A DNA stretch of 64,000 nt from Macrostomum lignano (lineage: Eukaryota), in contig NIVC01000486.1 of the NCBI GenBank assembly GCA_002269645.1, positions 1-64,000 on the forward strand. Reading direction: 5' to 3'. The stretch's first letter is position 1; the number at the start of each line of letters is the position of its first letter. Positions 10,866 to 22,694 of this stretch are shown piece by piece. Position numbers and translations under genes: made by a program. The notes beneath the pieces were generated by a model. That model ran no database searches. It was not told the DNA's origin and saw nothing but the letters and a program-made list of their open reading frames with translations.

Positions 10866-13800
10866 TGTTATGTCTTCTTCTCCGACGTGGAGCTGCTACA
10901 TTTAAGTAAGAAGACAATGATTCGCTTAAGCGGTTCGAGCTATCGTTTTGCTCCGGTTGATACAAACTCCTCTTGGGATTCATCTTGTAACTACTTTATT
11001 ATAAAATAATAGGTTGTGCCCTAGACAACAAAACATTGGGCTGGGGGCATACTCTGTGTCTTCTCTGCTAATATACAACATTCCCCCTTTTGTCAATAAA
11101 AAGTTGCATTGTCAGTTATCCGGAATTATTCACTGTATTGCAACCAATCCGGTTTTCTCAATTTGCTTCGATCCCTCAGTATCCTTGTGCCCACGCCTTC
11201 TGCTCCAGGGTCAGCGTCATCCTGGTCTGTGTCCGCTGCCTGAGATTCTCCTCGGCTTGGCACGTCTTGGACCGGTTGAGTTGATTCACTCTCTCGCCGC
11301 TCTTTCTCGGTGGTAGTTTTGTCGCTCTGAACTCTCCTAGGATCCTTCAGAATAGGCGGTAGGTGATGAGCCTCCGGCTTGTTCTGTCCAGGTAATTCTG
11401 CACTGACAATTTGGTCGACGTGTCGCTTCCAGACTTGTCCGTTAACCAACAATCTATAGGACAGCGTCCTGTGCGGGCGATCACCTTGGCAGAAATCCAC
11501 CTGTTCTCTCGCTCCCTTCTGAAGTCCAACGTCAGAACTGAGTCTCCTTCTTGAAATTCTCGAATAGTTGATCCTCTCTCTATTTGTCGTTCAGTGACAT
11601 CCGTCTGCTTGTTTAACACTCTTGAGTAAGCATCTGGCTTGAGAAAATCCAACCGTGTCCTGCGACTGTAGCATAACATCATCTCTGCTGGTGTTCTACC
11701 GGTTGTTGAATGAGGTGTACTGCGGTAGCGGAACAGAAAGTTCTGCATGCTCAAGATTGGATCACCGTGAGTCTTAATTCCTGCTTTGATGACAGACTTT
11801 GCTGTTTGCACCATTCTTTCACTAAGTCCGTTGGTACGCGGATGTCCAACAGCTGTCAAAATCTGTCGGATGTTATTCCGCTCTAGGAAAGTACGGAACT
11901 CAGCTGAGCAGAATTGGCTACCATTGTCACTCAACACTTGCTGTGGGATGCCAAATCGTGCGAACGTTTCTCGTAGACATTCTATCGTCCTGTTGGTAGT
12001 TGCGTGCTTCATGGGAAAGATCTCAACCCATTTACTTGTTGCATCGACTATAACAAGCCAGTAGTATCCATGGAATGGTCCCATGTAGTCCTGTTGAATT
12101 CGAGTCCAAGGCCTTTCTGGCCAGACAAGAGGCTGAACTGGTGCTTGTGCAGGCAAATTCCTTTGCAGCTGACAGCCTTCACAACTACGGACTAGGGCTT
12201 CTATAGCCTTGTCGATTCCTGGGAACCATACATGCAGTCTAGCTATGGATTTCATTGCAACAATTCCCGGATGTCCATCATGAAGCAGTTCTAACACAAC
12301 CTGTTGTACGATTCTTGGAATAATGACTCTTACTCCCCAAAACAGCACACCTTGCTCAATGCACAACTCGTTCCGCTTCCTGAAGTACTGCTCCAGCTCT
12401 TGCTCACAGGTTTCTGGCCAACCATTTTGACAGTATCGAAGAACTCTCTGAAGCTGTGAATCTTTCTGTGTCTCGGTTCGTATTGTTTCTGCGTTGACTG
12501 GTAGCATTTCTAGCCTGACCTCCAAGACACGATCAACCTTGCTGATATTACCAGGCACTGGGAGACGTGAAAGTGCGTCAGCATTCGAATGATCCTCTGT
12601 TCTTCTGAATTTGATGGTATACTGATGGGCAGAAAGCAACACGGCCCAGCGCTGTAGTCTGCTTGCTGCTATGCTCGGAATGTCCTTCTTATCTCCAAAA
12701 ATGGTCAGTAGGGGTTTATGGTCAGTCACTAGTATAAAATGATGTCCAAAAAGATATTGGTGAAATCTTTTAACTCCGAAGACGATGGCCAGCGCTTCTT
12801 TCTCTAGTTGAGAGTAGTTGATCTCAGGTTTTGTTAGAGTTCTCGAAGCAAACGCTACAGGCCTTTCCTCGCCATTCGGCATCAAATGTGAGATGACACA
12901 CCCGATTCCATATTTGGAGGCGTCCGTTTGCAACACAAGCTGCTTCTTAGGATCAAAATGAGCCAGAACACGCTCAGAAGTTAGAGTTGCCTTCACTTTC
13001 TCGAATGCTGCCGAACACGCTTCACTCCAATGAAACTCTGCGTCTTTGTGCAACAGTCTGTTGAGAGGTACCAGTATTGATGATAGGTTTGGAATAAACT
13101 TCCCATAATAGCTGATCATCCCTATCAAGGAACGAACCTCTGACACGTTAGTTGGTGTTGGAGCTTCATGAATTGCCTGAACTTTCTCTTTCGAGGGATG
13201 GATTCCCGATTCATCGATAACATAGCCCAAGAATTCAATTCTGTTTAGGCGGAATTCACACTTTTTCCTATTCAAATGCACACCGTGAGCTAAAAGACGT
13301 TCTAATACAGCTTCCAACCTTTTGTCGTGGTCTTCCAAACAACTGCCGGATACAAGAATGTCGTCTATATAGACAACTACTTCCAAGCCTTGTAAAATTT
13401 TCTCCATCGCTTCTTGAAATTGCGCAGGGGCTGATGCCAGACCCATTGTTAGTCGCTCGTATTGGAACAAACCCAGATGTGTGTTAATTGTAGCGAACTT
13501 TTTGCACGAATCCTCCAGTTCCAGTTGTAAAAACGCTTGCGAAATATCCAATTTCGAGAAGACTCTTCCACCATTCAGAGTTGCGAAAATTTCTTCCGGT
13601 TTCGACAGAGGGTACTTGTCAACCTCCAATTGAGGGTTAACGGTTCTCTTGAAATCAGCGCAAATCCTTACGGATTTTCCATCGCGCTTCAAAACTGGGA
13701 CAATCGGAGATGCAAAGTCTGATGCGCTCACTTTTTTGATTATGCCTTGAGCTTGCAAATTCGCCAGCTCCTCTTCAATGAGGCTTTTGATCGCAAATGG

Positions 13801-15408
13801 CACCGGTCGACTCTTGCAAAACTTTGGAATGAAGTTTTCTTTCAACAGTATTCTGGCCTTTAACCCTTTGATAGTGCCAAGGCTTTCAGCAAACACTTGA
13901 TCATACTTCTTCATTAACCGCTCGATAGGTGGAACCAACGTTGTTGTTTTCACATGGGCAAACCTGCTCCAGTCAATTTTCAACGAAGAGAGCCAGTCCC
14001 GACCTAGAAGATTCACTCTGTCTCCCTTCACAACAAGCGCAGTTAGTTGATACTGTCTTTCCTGATAGTTAGTTACGGTAACAGTAGCTTCGCCCAGAAC
14101 TGGTATGAGATGATCTGTGTAACTTGACAGTCTAACATTAGATTTAGACCACCTTAAGCCAAGTTTCTTGCCAGTATTTTCGTTATTAAGGGTCTTGTCT
14201 GCGCCAGTATCCAGTTGGAAATTTACAAAATGCCCATTTATATTTAACTCGCACATATACGGTGCTGATCCACTAAAGCCAGCCATACCTGTAGCAAACA
14301 CAGTCCTGATCTCGGAATGCTTGTCTCGACCACTGCAGTCCGAACCCTCACTTTCTGACTCACTGTCGAAATTCCATGCGTAATGCACCTTACCGGACTT
14401 CCCACGTTTTGAAGAGTTGAATCGCTTTGACCTGCCACTTCCAGACTCTTTTGCCTTGTCCTTTGTACGGCATGCATCTTTAAGATGTCCTACTCGGCCG
14501 CATTTGCTGCACGTTTTATTCCTATTTGGACAGCTCCTTGCCCAATGATCCTTCGCGTTACAGCGGAAACATCCATCTTGGGCGCGGCTCCTTTTCCCAT
14601 GTTGCGCTGCAGTTGATTGCTTGTTAGTTTCCTTCGAGAAATTGACACTATGACCGACTCCTGTGGCGGAGGTGATAGTCACGACTCCTCGCTCTGCTGC
14701 TTCCATCGCAGTCGCTAGCGTTAGTGCACCCGACAGGGTCAGTGTCTCTTCTTGTAGCAATCGCTGCTGGACGAGCCTGTTCCTGAGGCCAACGACGAAC
14801 CTGTCTCTCAGTGCCTCCTCCAGGAACTTGTCAAAACCACACGTGGCTGCCAACCTCCGCAGACTAGCAAAAAAGTCACTCACTGTTTCTCCTTCGTGTT
14901 GGACTCTGCTGTGGAAGTTGTACCGCTCGACGACAAGCTTCGGCTTTGGGTTGAAGTGTTCCCTCAGCGTCTTCACTTGTTCGTCGTACGCCACATCCTT
15001 TGGCTTCTTAGGCGATAGCAGGTTGCGTAGCAATTGATAACAGTCATTACCAATCACTGTAATCAGATTTGCTCGCTTATGTGCCTCCTCGGTCACTTTG
15101 TTTACGACGAAAACTGCTCGAATCGTTCTTCATAAGCTTCCCATTGCTCCGGTTTAGCCACGTCGAACTCTCCGATTTTTACACTCGTCGCCATTGTTAT
15201 GTCTTCTTCTCCGACGTGGAGCTGCTACATTTAAGTAAGAAGACAATGATTCGCTTAAGCGGTTCGAGCTATCGTTTTGCTCCGGTTGATACAAACTCCT
15301 CTTGGGATTCATCTTGTAACTACTTTATTATAAAATAATAGGTTGTGCCCTAGACAACAAACATTGGGCTGGGGGCATACTCTGTGTCTTCTCTGCTAAT
15401 ATACAACA
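10866..15408 (-). mobile_element. Full-length Ty3/Gypsy LTR retrotransposon (Mag-like, single gag-pol ORF)
   Basis: The LTRs at 10866-11080 and 15195-15408 (TG...CA) are identical except for one A in a homopolymer. The TSD is 5 bp, TCAGG (10861-10865 and 15409-15413). A PBS-like TGGCGACGAG follows the 5' LTR and a PPT aaaagggggaa (11081-11091) precedes the 3' LTR. Confidence 0.97.
11126..15194 (-). CDS. Gag-Pol polyprotein (Gag, 2 CCHC knuckles, protease, RT, RNase H, integrase)
   Basis: ATG at 15194 gives MATSVKIGEFDVAKPEQWEAYEERFEQF and joins ORF 11347-15096 with +1 T at 15110-15113. Motifs: CFRCNAKDHWARSC, QLDTGA, YIDD, LQTDASKYGIG, HDGHPG..CEGC, and the DDE core. The C-terminal LSYRLLVNGQVWKRHVDQI is in ORF 11126-11500 after another 1-nt shift near 11465. 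Confidence 0.93.
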
Positions 15409-15820
15409 TCAGGTTAGTATGCACAGGTGATTATCTGATTGGTCAGGTTAGTATGCACAGGTGATTATCTGATTGGTCAGGTTAGTATGCACAGGTGATT
15501 ATCTGATTGGTCAGGCTAGATTGCATAGGTGGTTATCTGATTGGTCAGGTTAGTATGCACAGGTGATTATCTGATTGGTCAGATTAGTATGCACAGGTGA
15601 TTATCTGATTGGTCAGGCTAGATTGCATAGGTGGTTATCTGATTGGTCAGGTTAGTATGCACAGGTGATTATCTGATTGGTCAGGCTAGATTGCATAGGT
15701 GGTTATCTGATTGGTCAGGTCAGAACAAGAGAGTAGAGGTTAGTTGGTTAGCCGAAGTGCCACGAGCAGCAGAATCAGGGGTTATGACTGTTTCACCCCG
15801 CCTCCGCTGCTCGCCGGGAC

Positions 15821-18800
15821 ATGCCCCAGTACTTCAACAAGCCGGAGAATGCGCTCAAGCGTGCCCAGGAATTCCTGGAAGTGGACAAGAAAGAATCGGC
15901 TCTGGACATCTTAGCCGAGGTGATGAAGTCCAAGCGGCATAGGCAGTGGAACAAAGTACACGAGGACATCATGCTGATGTTCCTGGATCTCTGCGTCGAG
16001 CTGCGTCGCAACCAGATATTCAAGGAGGTCATCCACCAGTACAAGAACATGACGCTGAACGTGAGCCCCAGCTCGCTGATTGACATTGTTCGCAAATACC
16101 TGGAACAGGCCGATCGTAAGACCGAGGAGGCTCGCCAAAAATCCAAAGACGCCGTGTCAGCCGAACAAGACGAAGTTGACGATCTGGACGTGATTGAGAC
16201 GCCCGAGAGCCTGATGATGTCGGCAGTGAGCGGTGAGACTACTCAGGACCGCTCAGATCGGGCCATTCTGGTCCCCTGGCTCAAGTTCATGTGGGAGAGC
16301 TACAGGCAGTGCCTGGACCTGTTGCGCAACAATAACAAGCTAGAACGGTTGTACCACGACGTGGCCCAGATGGCCTTCCGATTCTGCGAGAAATACGGCA
16401 GGAAAACTGAATTCCGCAAGCTGAACGACATCCTGCGCAGTCATCTGCTCAAGTTCCAGGCTCAGCTGGCCTCCGGACAGCCGGTGCCACCTACAGGTGT
16501 GAATCTGAACAACCCGGACACTCAGGGCTACCATCTGGAGACCCGGCTGTCCCAGCTGGAGTTCTCTATGAACCTAGAGCTGTACAACGAGGCCTACAAG
16601 TCTATTGAGGACATCTGGAATCTGGTCACGCTGTCTAAGAAATCTCCGAAGCCTAGCATTATGGCAAACTACTACACCAAGGTTGCTCTGGTGTTCTGGA
16701 AGTGCGGCAGTCACCTGTTTCATGCGGCCGCCCTGCACAAGCTGTTTAATTTGCACCGGGAGCACAAGAAAAATATGGCTAGCGATGAGCTGCAGGTAAG
16801 ACTGAGGGAGGGTCTTTAGGATGAATCAAAGTGTGATTTTGCTGAGGCTAGTAGGATTTTGATTAGACAAGTGAAAAATAAATCAGCAAAGACTAGATTT
16901 TGATGTGATAGATGAGTTTTAAATGAAACATGTGAGAGTTCAAAGACATATAGGATATTTTAATGAGACATGTGAGATTTAAATGAGACATGTGACCTTT
17001 CAATGAGACGTAAGACCTCAATGAGACGTGTGAGATATCAATAAGACGTGTAAGATCTCAATGAGACGTGTAAGATCTCAATGAGACGTGTAAGATCTCA
17101 ATGAGACGTGTAAGATCTCAATGAGACGTGTAAGATCTCAATGAGATGTGTAAGATCTCAAGGAGACGTGTAAGATCTCAATGAGACGTGTAAGATCTCA
17201 ATGAGATGTGTAAGATCTCAATGAGACGTGTTAGATTTCAGTGAGACGTGTAAGATTGCCATGAGACTGTGAGACTTTAATAAGACGTGTAAGATCTCAA
17301 TGAGACCTGTAGGATCTCAATAAGACTTGTAAAATCTCAATGAGACTTGTAAAATATCAATGAGACATGTGAGATTTCAATGAGACGTGTAAGATCTCAA
17401 TGAGACATGTGAGATCTCAATGAGACATGTGAGATGTCAATGAGACGTGAGATGTCAATGAGCAATGTAAGATCTCAATAAGACATGTAAGATCTCAATG
17501 AGACATGTAAGATCTCAATGAGACATGTGAGATGTCAAAGAGCTTACCTGAATTAGCTCAGACAGGCAGCTAACACAGCATACCCCCGAAAACCGCAGAC
17601 CATGGCCAGCACTGTGCTGTGCGCCACCCTGGCCATCCCGCTGCCATTCGTCCGCGATCGCCACGCCGACTCGCTGCTTGAATCCGGCGAGATCGCCAGC
17701 AGCGCCAAGCAGAAGATGCTGTGCAGCCTCCTCGGCATGCCCATCCCGCCCAGCCGCCGCTCACTCTGCGCCGATCTGGTCCGTGGCGGCATCGTTGAGC
17801 TGGCCCACCCGGAGCTGGCCTCGCTGCACGCTCAGCTGGAGCAGCGGTTCCAGCCTTTGAAACTGGCCGACCGCTGCGCCCCCGGTCTGCAGAACATCCG
17901 CTCCAATGACCGGCTGGCCCATTACGCCCGGCCAATTGAAGACATGCTGATCTGCCGCACCCTGATCCAGACTGCACAGGTGTACGCCAGCATCACCCTG
18001 CCGCGGTTTGCCACCCTGTTCCCGTTCTGCGACCGGCTCCGCCTGGAGACCACAGTGGTTGAGGCTGCCCGCAATCTGGAGATTCCAGTTCGGATTGATC
18101 ACAGGCGCGGTAGTCTGCTGTTTGGCGGCTTCTCCCAGCTGGGCATTTCACAGCGCGAGGAGGGCGTGCTTAGCGACGGGCCAAGCGTGAAAACTGCCGA
18201 CCAGCTTAGTAAACAGCTGGTGCTGCTGGGAAGCGCTCTGCAGGTACGGTGGAGATTGGATGGGGTTTTGTGCAGTTGGGTGTACACCTGACAGCTCCAG
18301 ATGTGCAGATAGAGCGCTAACCGCACCCAGATCTGCTTAACTTTAGGACGCTTTATAGAGGGGGTCGGCAAACTTATATTTAGCCACAGATACTAAAATA
18401 ACTAGATTGGCCACTCAAGCATATACTTAGTAAAACTGCTTTTTACTTTCAGTTCAGTAGCAAAGAAGAATACATAAGCTATTTTATAAAAAATAAAGGC
18501 AGCTGAAATGACTTTGATAAGTTTAGAAACTCAAGCTTGCATGCAGGCGTAAACAACTTGCTAATTGGTTCAGCAATAATGTACATTAGCCAGTCCACTG
18601 AAATGTACATTGCAGTTTTAGGGAGCGGGTTTGGGGGTAGTGTGGAGAGGCACGGTTGGAGGTTTTTAGCTGGGGGGTGATCATGGGTTAAGAGACAATA
18701 AAGTAGCCTTGTCTTTAAAAATACAAATAAAATGCTTCCGTTTCACTTACTACTGAACTGAAAGTAGCTTACACGCAAATTTGCTGAGTGGCCCATCTAT

Positions 18801-21800
18801 TTATTTTCCTGTATCTGTGTATTTACCTCAAAAGATGGAGATAGATAGAAAATCTAGTGCATGACTGCGGGCCAGAGGAAGGGAGAGTTGAGATGGAATA
18901 GAAAAGGGAGAAGAGAGGTAGGAGAAAACAGAGGTGAGGGAATAAAGGAAAAGAAAGGATGAATCTCCTCAGTTTTAAAAAGGAAGAGAGGAAAGAGAAA
19001 GACGAGGGGAGGAGAGGAGAGAAAACTTTGAACGGGCCGGATTGCTATTGTGAAGTTTCAAAGGACCCGAGGGCTGGGGTTTGCCGACCCCTGCTTTATA
19101 GGCTTGAATAAGTAGCATTAGAAGCATAACATTTTCTCTATTAAGTATTTTTGTGAGCGTTAGACTACTCAACAGTAGCAAGAGAAGGATATGCTGGTTA
19201 AATTACAAAGCTTCAAACGTCTCTCACTCTGATGTTCGAGTCCCATTTTGAGCACACAAATTAATCAGCTCACGCTAGGCTACTTACAGTAGTAATATTA
19301 ATGGCTCATTAGCATAGAGAAAACGCCAATTTGAAACATCTCCAGGGCGTGCTGACAATCATTCAACCGGAGAAAGATGCCCAGATTGAGCAGCGCAAAG
19401 CTCTGGCTCACAAGTACGGCCAGACAGCTTCTCGCGATCACCAGAAACTGCTGCAGCGCAAGGAGCTGATCGAGGAGCGCAAGGAATACCTGGAACAGCT
19501 GCAGCAGCGCCGCGAAGAGGAGGAACACATGAAGCAGCGCCAGCAGCAGGAGCGAATCCAGCAGCTGGAGAGCGAGCGGATGGAGCAGGACGTCAAGCGT
19601 AGGCAGCTTGAGCGAAAGGAGATTGAGCAGCGCAATATTCAGCTGAAGGTAAGTGGCAGCTGTGTGATTCAATGATTGGCAGCTGTGTGATTCAATGATT
19701 GGCAGCTGTGTGATTCAATGATTGGCAGCTGTGTGATTCAATGATTGACAGCTGTGTGATTCAATGATTGGCAGCTGTGTGATTCAATGAGTGACAGCTG
19801 TGTGATTCAATGATTGACAGCTGTGTGATTCAATGATTGAGACAGCTGTGTGATTCAATGAGAGACAGCTGTGTGATTCAATGATTGACAGCTGTGTGAT
19901 TCAATGATTGACAGCTGTGTGATTCAATGATTGACAGCTGTGTGATTCAATGATTGGCAGCTGTGTGATTCAATGATTGACAGCTGTGTGATTCAATGAT
20001 TGGCAGCTGTGTGATTCAATCAATGATTGGCAGCTGTGTGATTCAATGATTGGCAGCTGTGTGATTCAATGATTGGCAGCTGTGTGATTCAATGATTGAC
20101 AGCTGTGTGATTCAATGAGAGACAGCTGTGTGATTCAATGATTGACAGCTGTGTGATTCAATGAGAGACAGCTGTGTGATTTAATTAGCAGTGCTTCTCA
20201 AATAAGTGACCCAAAGTGACGATAAGGTAGTTATTAGTGTCGCTGGTGAGAGACAGTAATTCAATTAGCAGTTAATAGCAGAATTCACAACACAGAGCGC
20301 TGTTCACGCCATCGCCCATGCCAAATTCCCCGCAGGTAAAGAAGGAGCGCATCGAAGTGTTGAAGGGCACGGAGGCCGGCCGGCGCGCCTTCGCCAACCT
20401 GGACGACGCCAACATCGAAGACATCAACGCCGACGAGGTTTTCGCTCGGCACGTTGAAAAAGAGCGCCGAGAGCTGATGGAGCGCATCAAGACCCAGGAG
20501 AAGAAGCTGGATCATCTGGCCCGGGCTAAGCGCCTGGAAGAGATCCCACTGCTCACTGCCGAGTATGAGAAGCGGGCTGAGGAGGCACGTCAGCGCCACG
20601 AAAAGGCGGAGGCCGAGCGGCTGCGCACGCTGAAAGAGCAGCACGCCAGGCTGTTGCAGCTGAAGCAGGAGGCCCAGAAGATCATGCCATTCAAGGCCGA
20701 GTTCGAAGACGAGATTCTGTCCGAGCGTCGGTCCGAGTTCGATCGCCGCATGGACGAATGGCGCCAGCGTTTAGAGACGGCGCGCAAGGAGCGCCTCGCC
20801 GAGCGCAAGCTGCAGCGCGAGCGGGATAGGCGCGAAGAGTTTGTGCGCCAGCGCCTGGCCGAGCTGGCCGCCCAGCGGGAGGCGAAGGAGCGCGCGGCCC
20901 GCGAGGAAAAGGAGCGCCAGATGCAGGAGGAGAACAGGAAGAAGCAGCAGCACTATGAGCAGCAGAAGGCTAAGCTAGATGAGCAGGCCAAGGCTCAGGC
21001 GCAGAAGGAGGCCGAGATTGAGGAAAGGCTCAAAGCTCAGCGCGAAGGCGGCGGCACCAGTGCCGCTTCCGGTCCCGGTGAAAAATGGCGCCCAGCCGGC
21101 GGCTCCAAGTGGCGCGAGCGCGAGAAGGAAAAAGAGGACAGCTTCAAGCGGCAAAGCGACAATGCCGGCAGCTGGCGCGCTGGCGGAGGGGAGCGAACTC
21201 GCGACGATAAGCCACTCCGACGGGAGGAGCGGCCGGATCGCTCTGACCGTACTGACCGGTTAGATCGTGATCGCCGAGATGACCGCCGCGATGACCGACG
21301 TCGTGATGACCGCCGCGAGGACCGCCGGGAAGACCGCCGGGAAGACCGTCAGGAAGACCGTCGGGAGGACCGTCGCGATGACCGCCGGGAAGACCGTCGG
21401 GAGGACCGCCGTGATGACCGCCGTGATGACCGACGTCGCGATGACCGCCGTGATGACCGCCGCGATGACCGCCGTGATGACCGTCGGGAAGACCGTCAGG
21501 AGGACCGTCGCGATGACCGTCGGGAGGACCGTCGCGAAGACCGTCGCGATGACCGTCGTGATGACCGTCGCGATGACCGCCGTGATGACCGACGCCGCGA
21601 GGACCGTCCGTCAATCCAACGCCGAGACGAAGGCCGACGCGACTTGACGGAGGGCTCTTGGCGCAGCGGCGGCGCCAGCTCAGCTTTCGGATCATCGCGC
21701 AAGTCGATTCCGCCTCGTCGGGGCGACGACTCCGCCCGTGGCGCCGCCGACGCTAGCGGCACGCCGTCCAGGCGCCAAGACGAGCGCGGCGAGTCCGGCG

Positions 21801-21907
21801 GGGCCTGGCGCTCTCAGGCTGCGCCTAGGGCTCAGCAGGCCGCGCCGGCAGCCGCTGCCAGCTCTGGCGAAGCGGACGGCTGGACAACCGTCAGCAAGAA
21901 GAAGTGA
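15821..21907 (+). CDS. EIF3A: Eukaryotic translation initiation factor 3 subunit A, 4 exons, ~1164 aa
   Basis: MPQYFNKPENALKRAQEFLEV...LVPWLKFMWESYRQCLDLLRNN is diagnostic. Exons are 15821-16795, 17599-18243, 19346-19648 and 20336-21907, all phase 0 with GT-AG boundaries. A coiled-coil region, an RDDR repeat region and a C-terminal DGWTTVSKKK follow. Confidence 0.97.
17030..17540. repeat. 20-bp minisatellite (atgagacgtgtaagatctca) in eIF3a intron 1
   Basis: Tandem units seen directly. Confidence 0.93.
18359..19093. mobile_element. Non-autonomous hAT-like element with a nested MITE-A
   Basis: Ends agggggtcggcaaac ... gtttgccgacccctg, with a perfect 8-bp TSD CTTTATAG (18351-18358 and 19094-19101). 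MITE-A at 18385-18819 is inserted just inside the left end, flanked by tatttagc/tatttacc. Confidence 0.85.
19654..20180. repeat. 23-bp minisatellite (cagctgtgtgattcaatgattgg) in eIF3a intron 3
   Basis: Starts immediately after the gtaagt donor at 19649. Confidence 0.95.
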
Positions 21908-22209
21908 AGCCCGGACCTCCGCCGTTGCTTGCGGTTCTGTTCGACCGCCGGATTGTGAGGCAAGAGAAAGAGAACTGAAAAAAACAAGTTTATTGATTGA
22001 AGCTTGGATTTAGTCCCCTACTATTAGTAATCTGTTGCTGTTGTTTGTTCGCGAAAATTGTCCGGTCTCTCGTTCCGTTTTGTGCTGCTAGCGTGCAACT
22101 CTCATTCGCATTGTTCCACTCAATTGCTAACCTTTTCCCATTCTCTTTTCTGATCCTTATCATTTCTCCCTTCCCTAATTGTATTTGTCCCTTACTCGTT
22201 GGTATTGGG

Positions 22210-22694
22210 CAGAGATACTAAAATAACTAGATGAGCCACTGAGGCATATACTTAGTAAATTACGAGGTAGTAATTAGTAAACACAGCTTTCTACTTTCAG
22301 TTCAGTAGCAATGAAGAATACGAGCGTACATAAGATGTTTTTTTATAAAAATAAGGCAGTTGAAATAACTCTGATAAGTTTAGAATCCAAGCTTGCATGT
22401 AGGCGTAAACAACTTGCTAATTGGTTCAGCAATAATGTACATTGGCCACTGAAATGTACATGGCAGCTTTAGGCTGGAATTCCGAAGGAAAGGCAATAAA
22501 AAATTGGGCGGGTTAGGGGGGGGGGTAGTGTGGAAAGGCGCGGGTGGAGGGTTTAAGTTTGGGGTAGAAGCCAATAAATGAGCCTTGTCTTCAAGACTAC
22601 ATTAAAATGCTTCTCAGTTTAACTTACTACTGAACTGAAAGTAGCTTGCACGCAAACGTGCTGAGTGGCCCATCTGGTTATTCTAGCATCTGCG
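22210..22694. mobile_element. MITE family A, complete copy with 8-bp TSD
   Basis: TIR cagagatactaaaataactagatg...catctggttattctagcatctgcg; perfect TSD GTATTGGG at 22202-22209 and 22695-22702. Confidence 0.9.

Larger units (their letters stand above)
10415..15720. repeat. 34-bp minisatellite (gattatctgattggtcaggctagaatgcacaggt), split by the LTR element into 10415-10865 and 15409-15720
   Basis: The same unit occurs on both sides of the retrotransposon. Confidence 0.95.

Noticed and set aside
2083-15194. Programmed ribosomal frameshifting as the explanation for the broken GT32, C15orf61 and gag frames
   Set aside because: There are no slippery heptamers, and the same one-base-short pattern occurs in unrelated genes, so sequencing error is more parsimonious.
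20979-21762. Overlapping alternative-frame ORFs in the eIF3a repeat region
   Set aside because: They are by-products of the 12-bp coding repeat and GC-rich codon usage.
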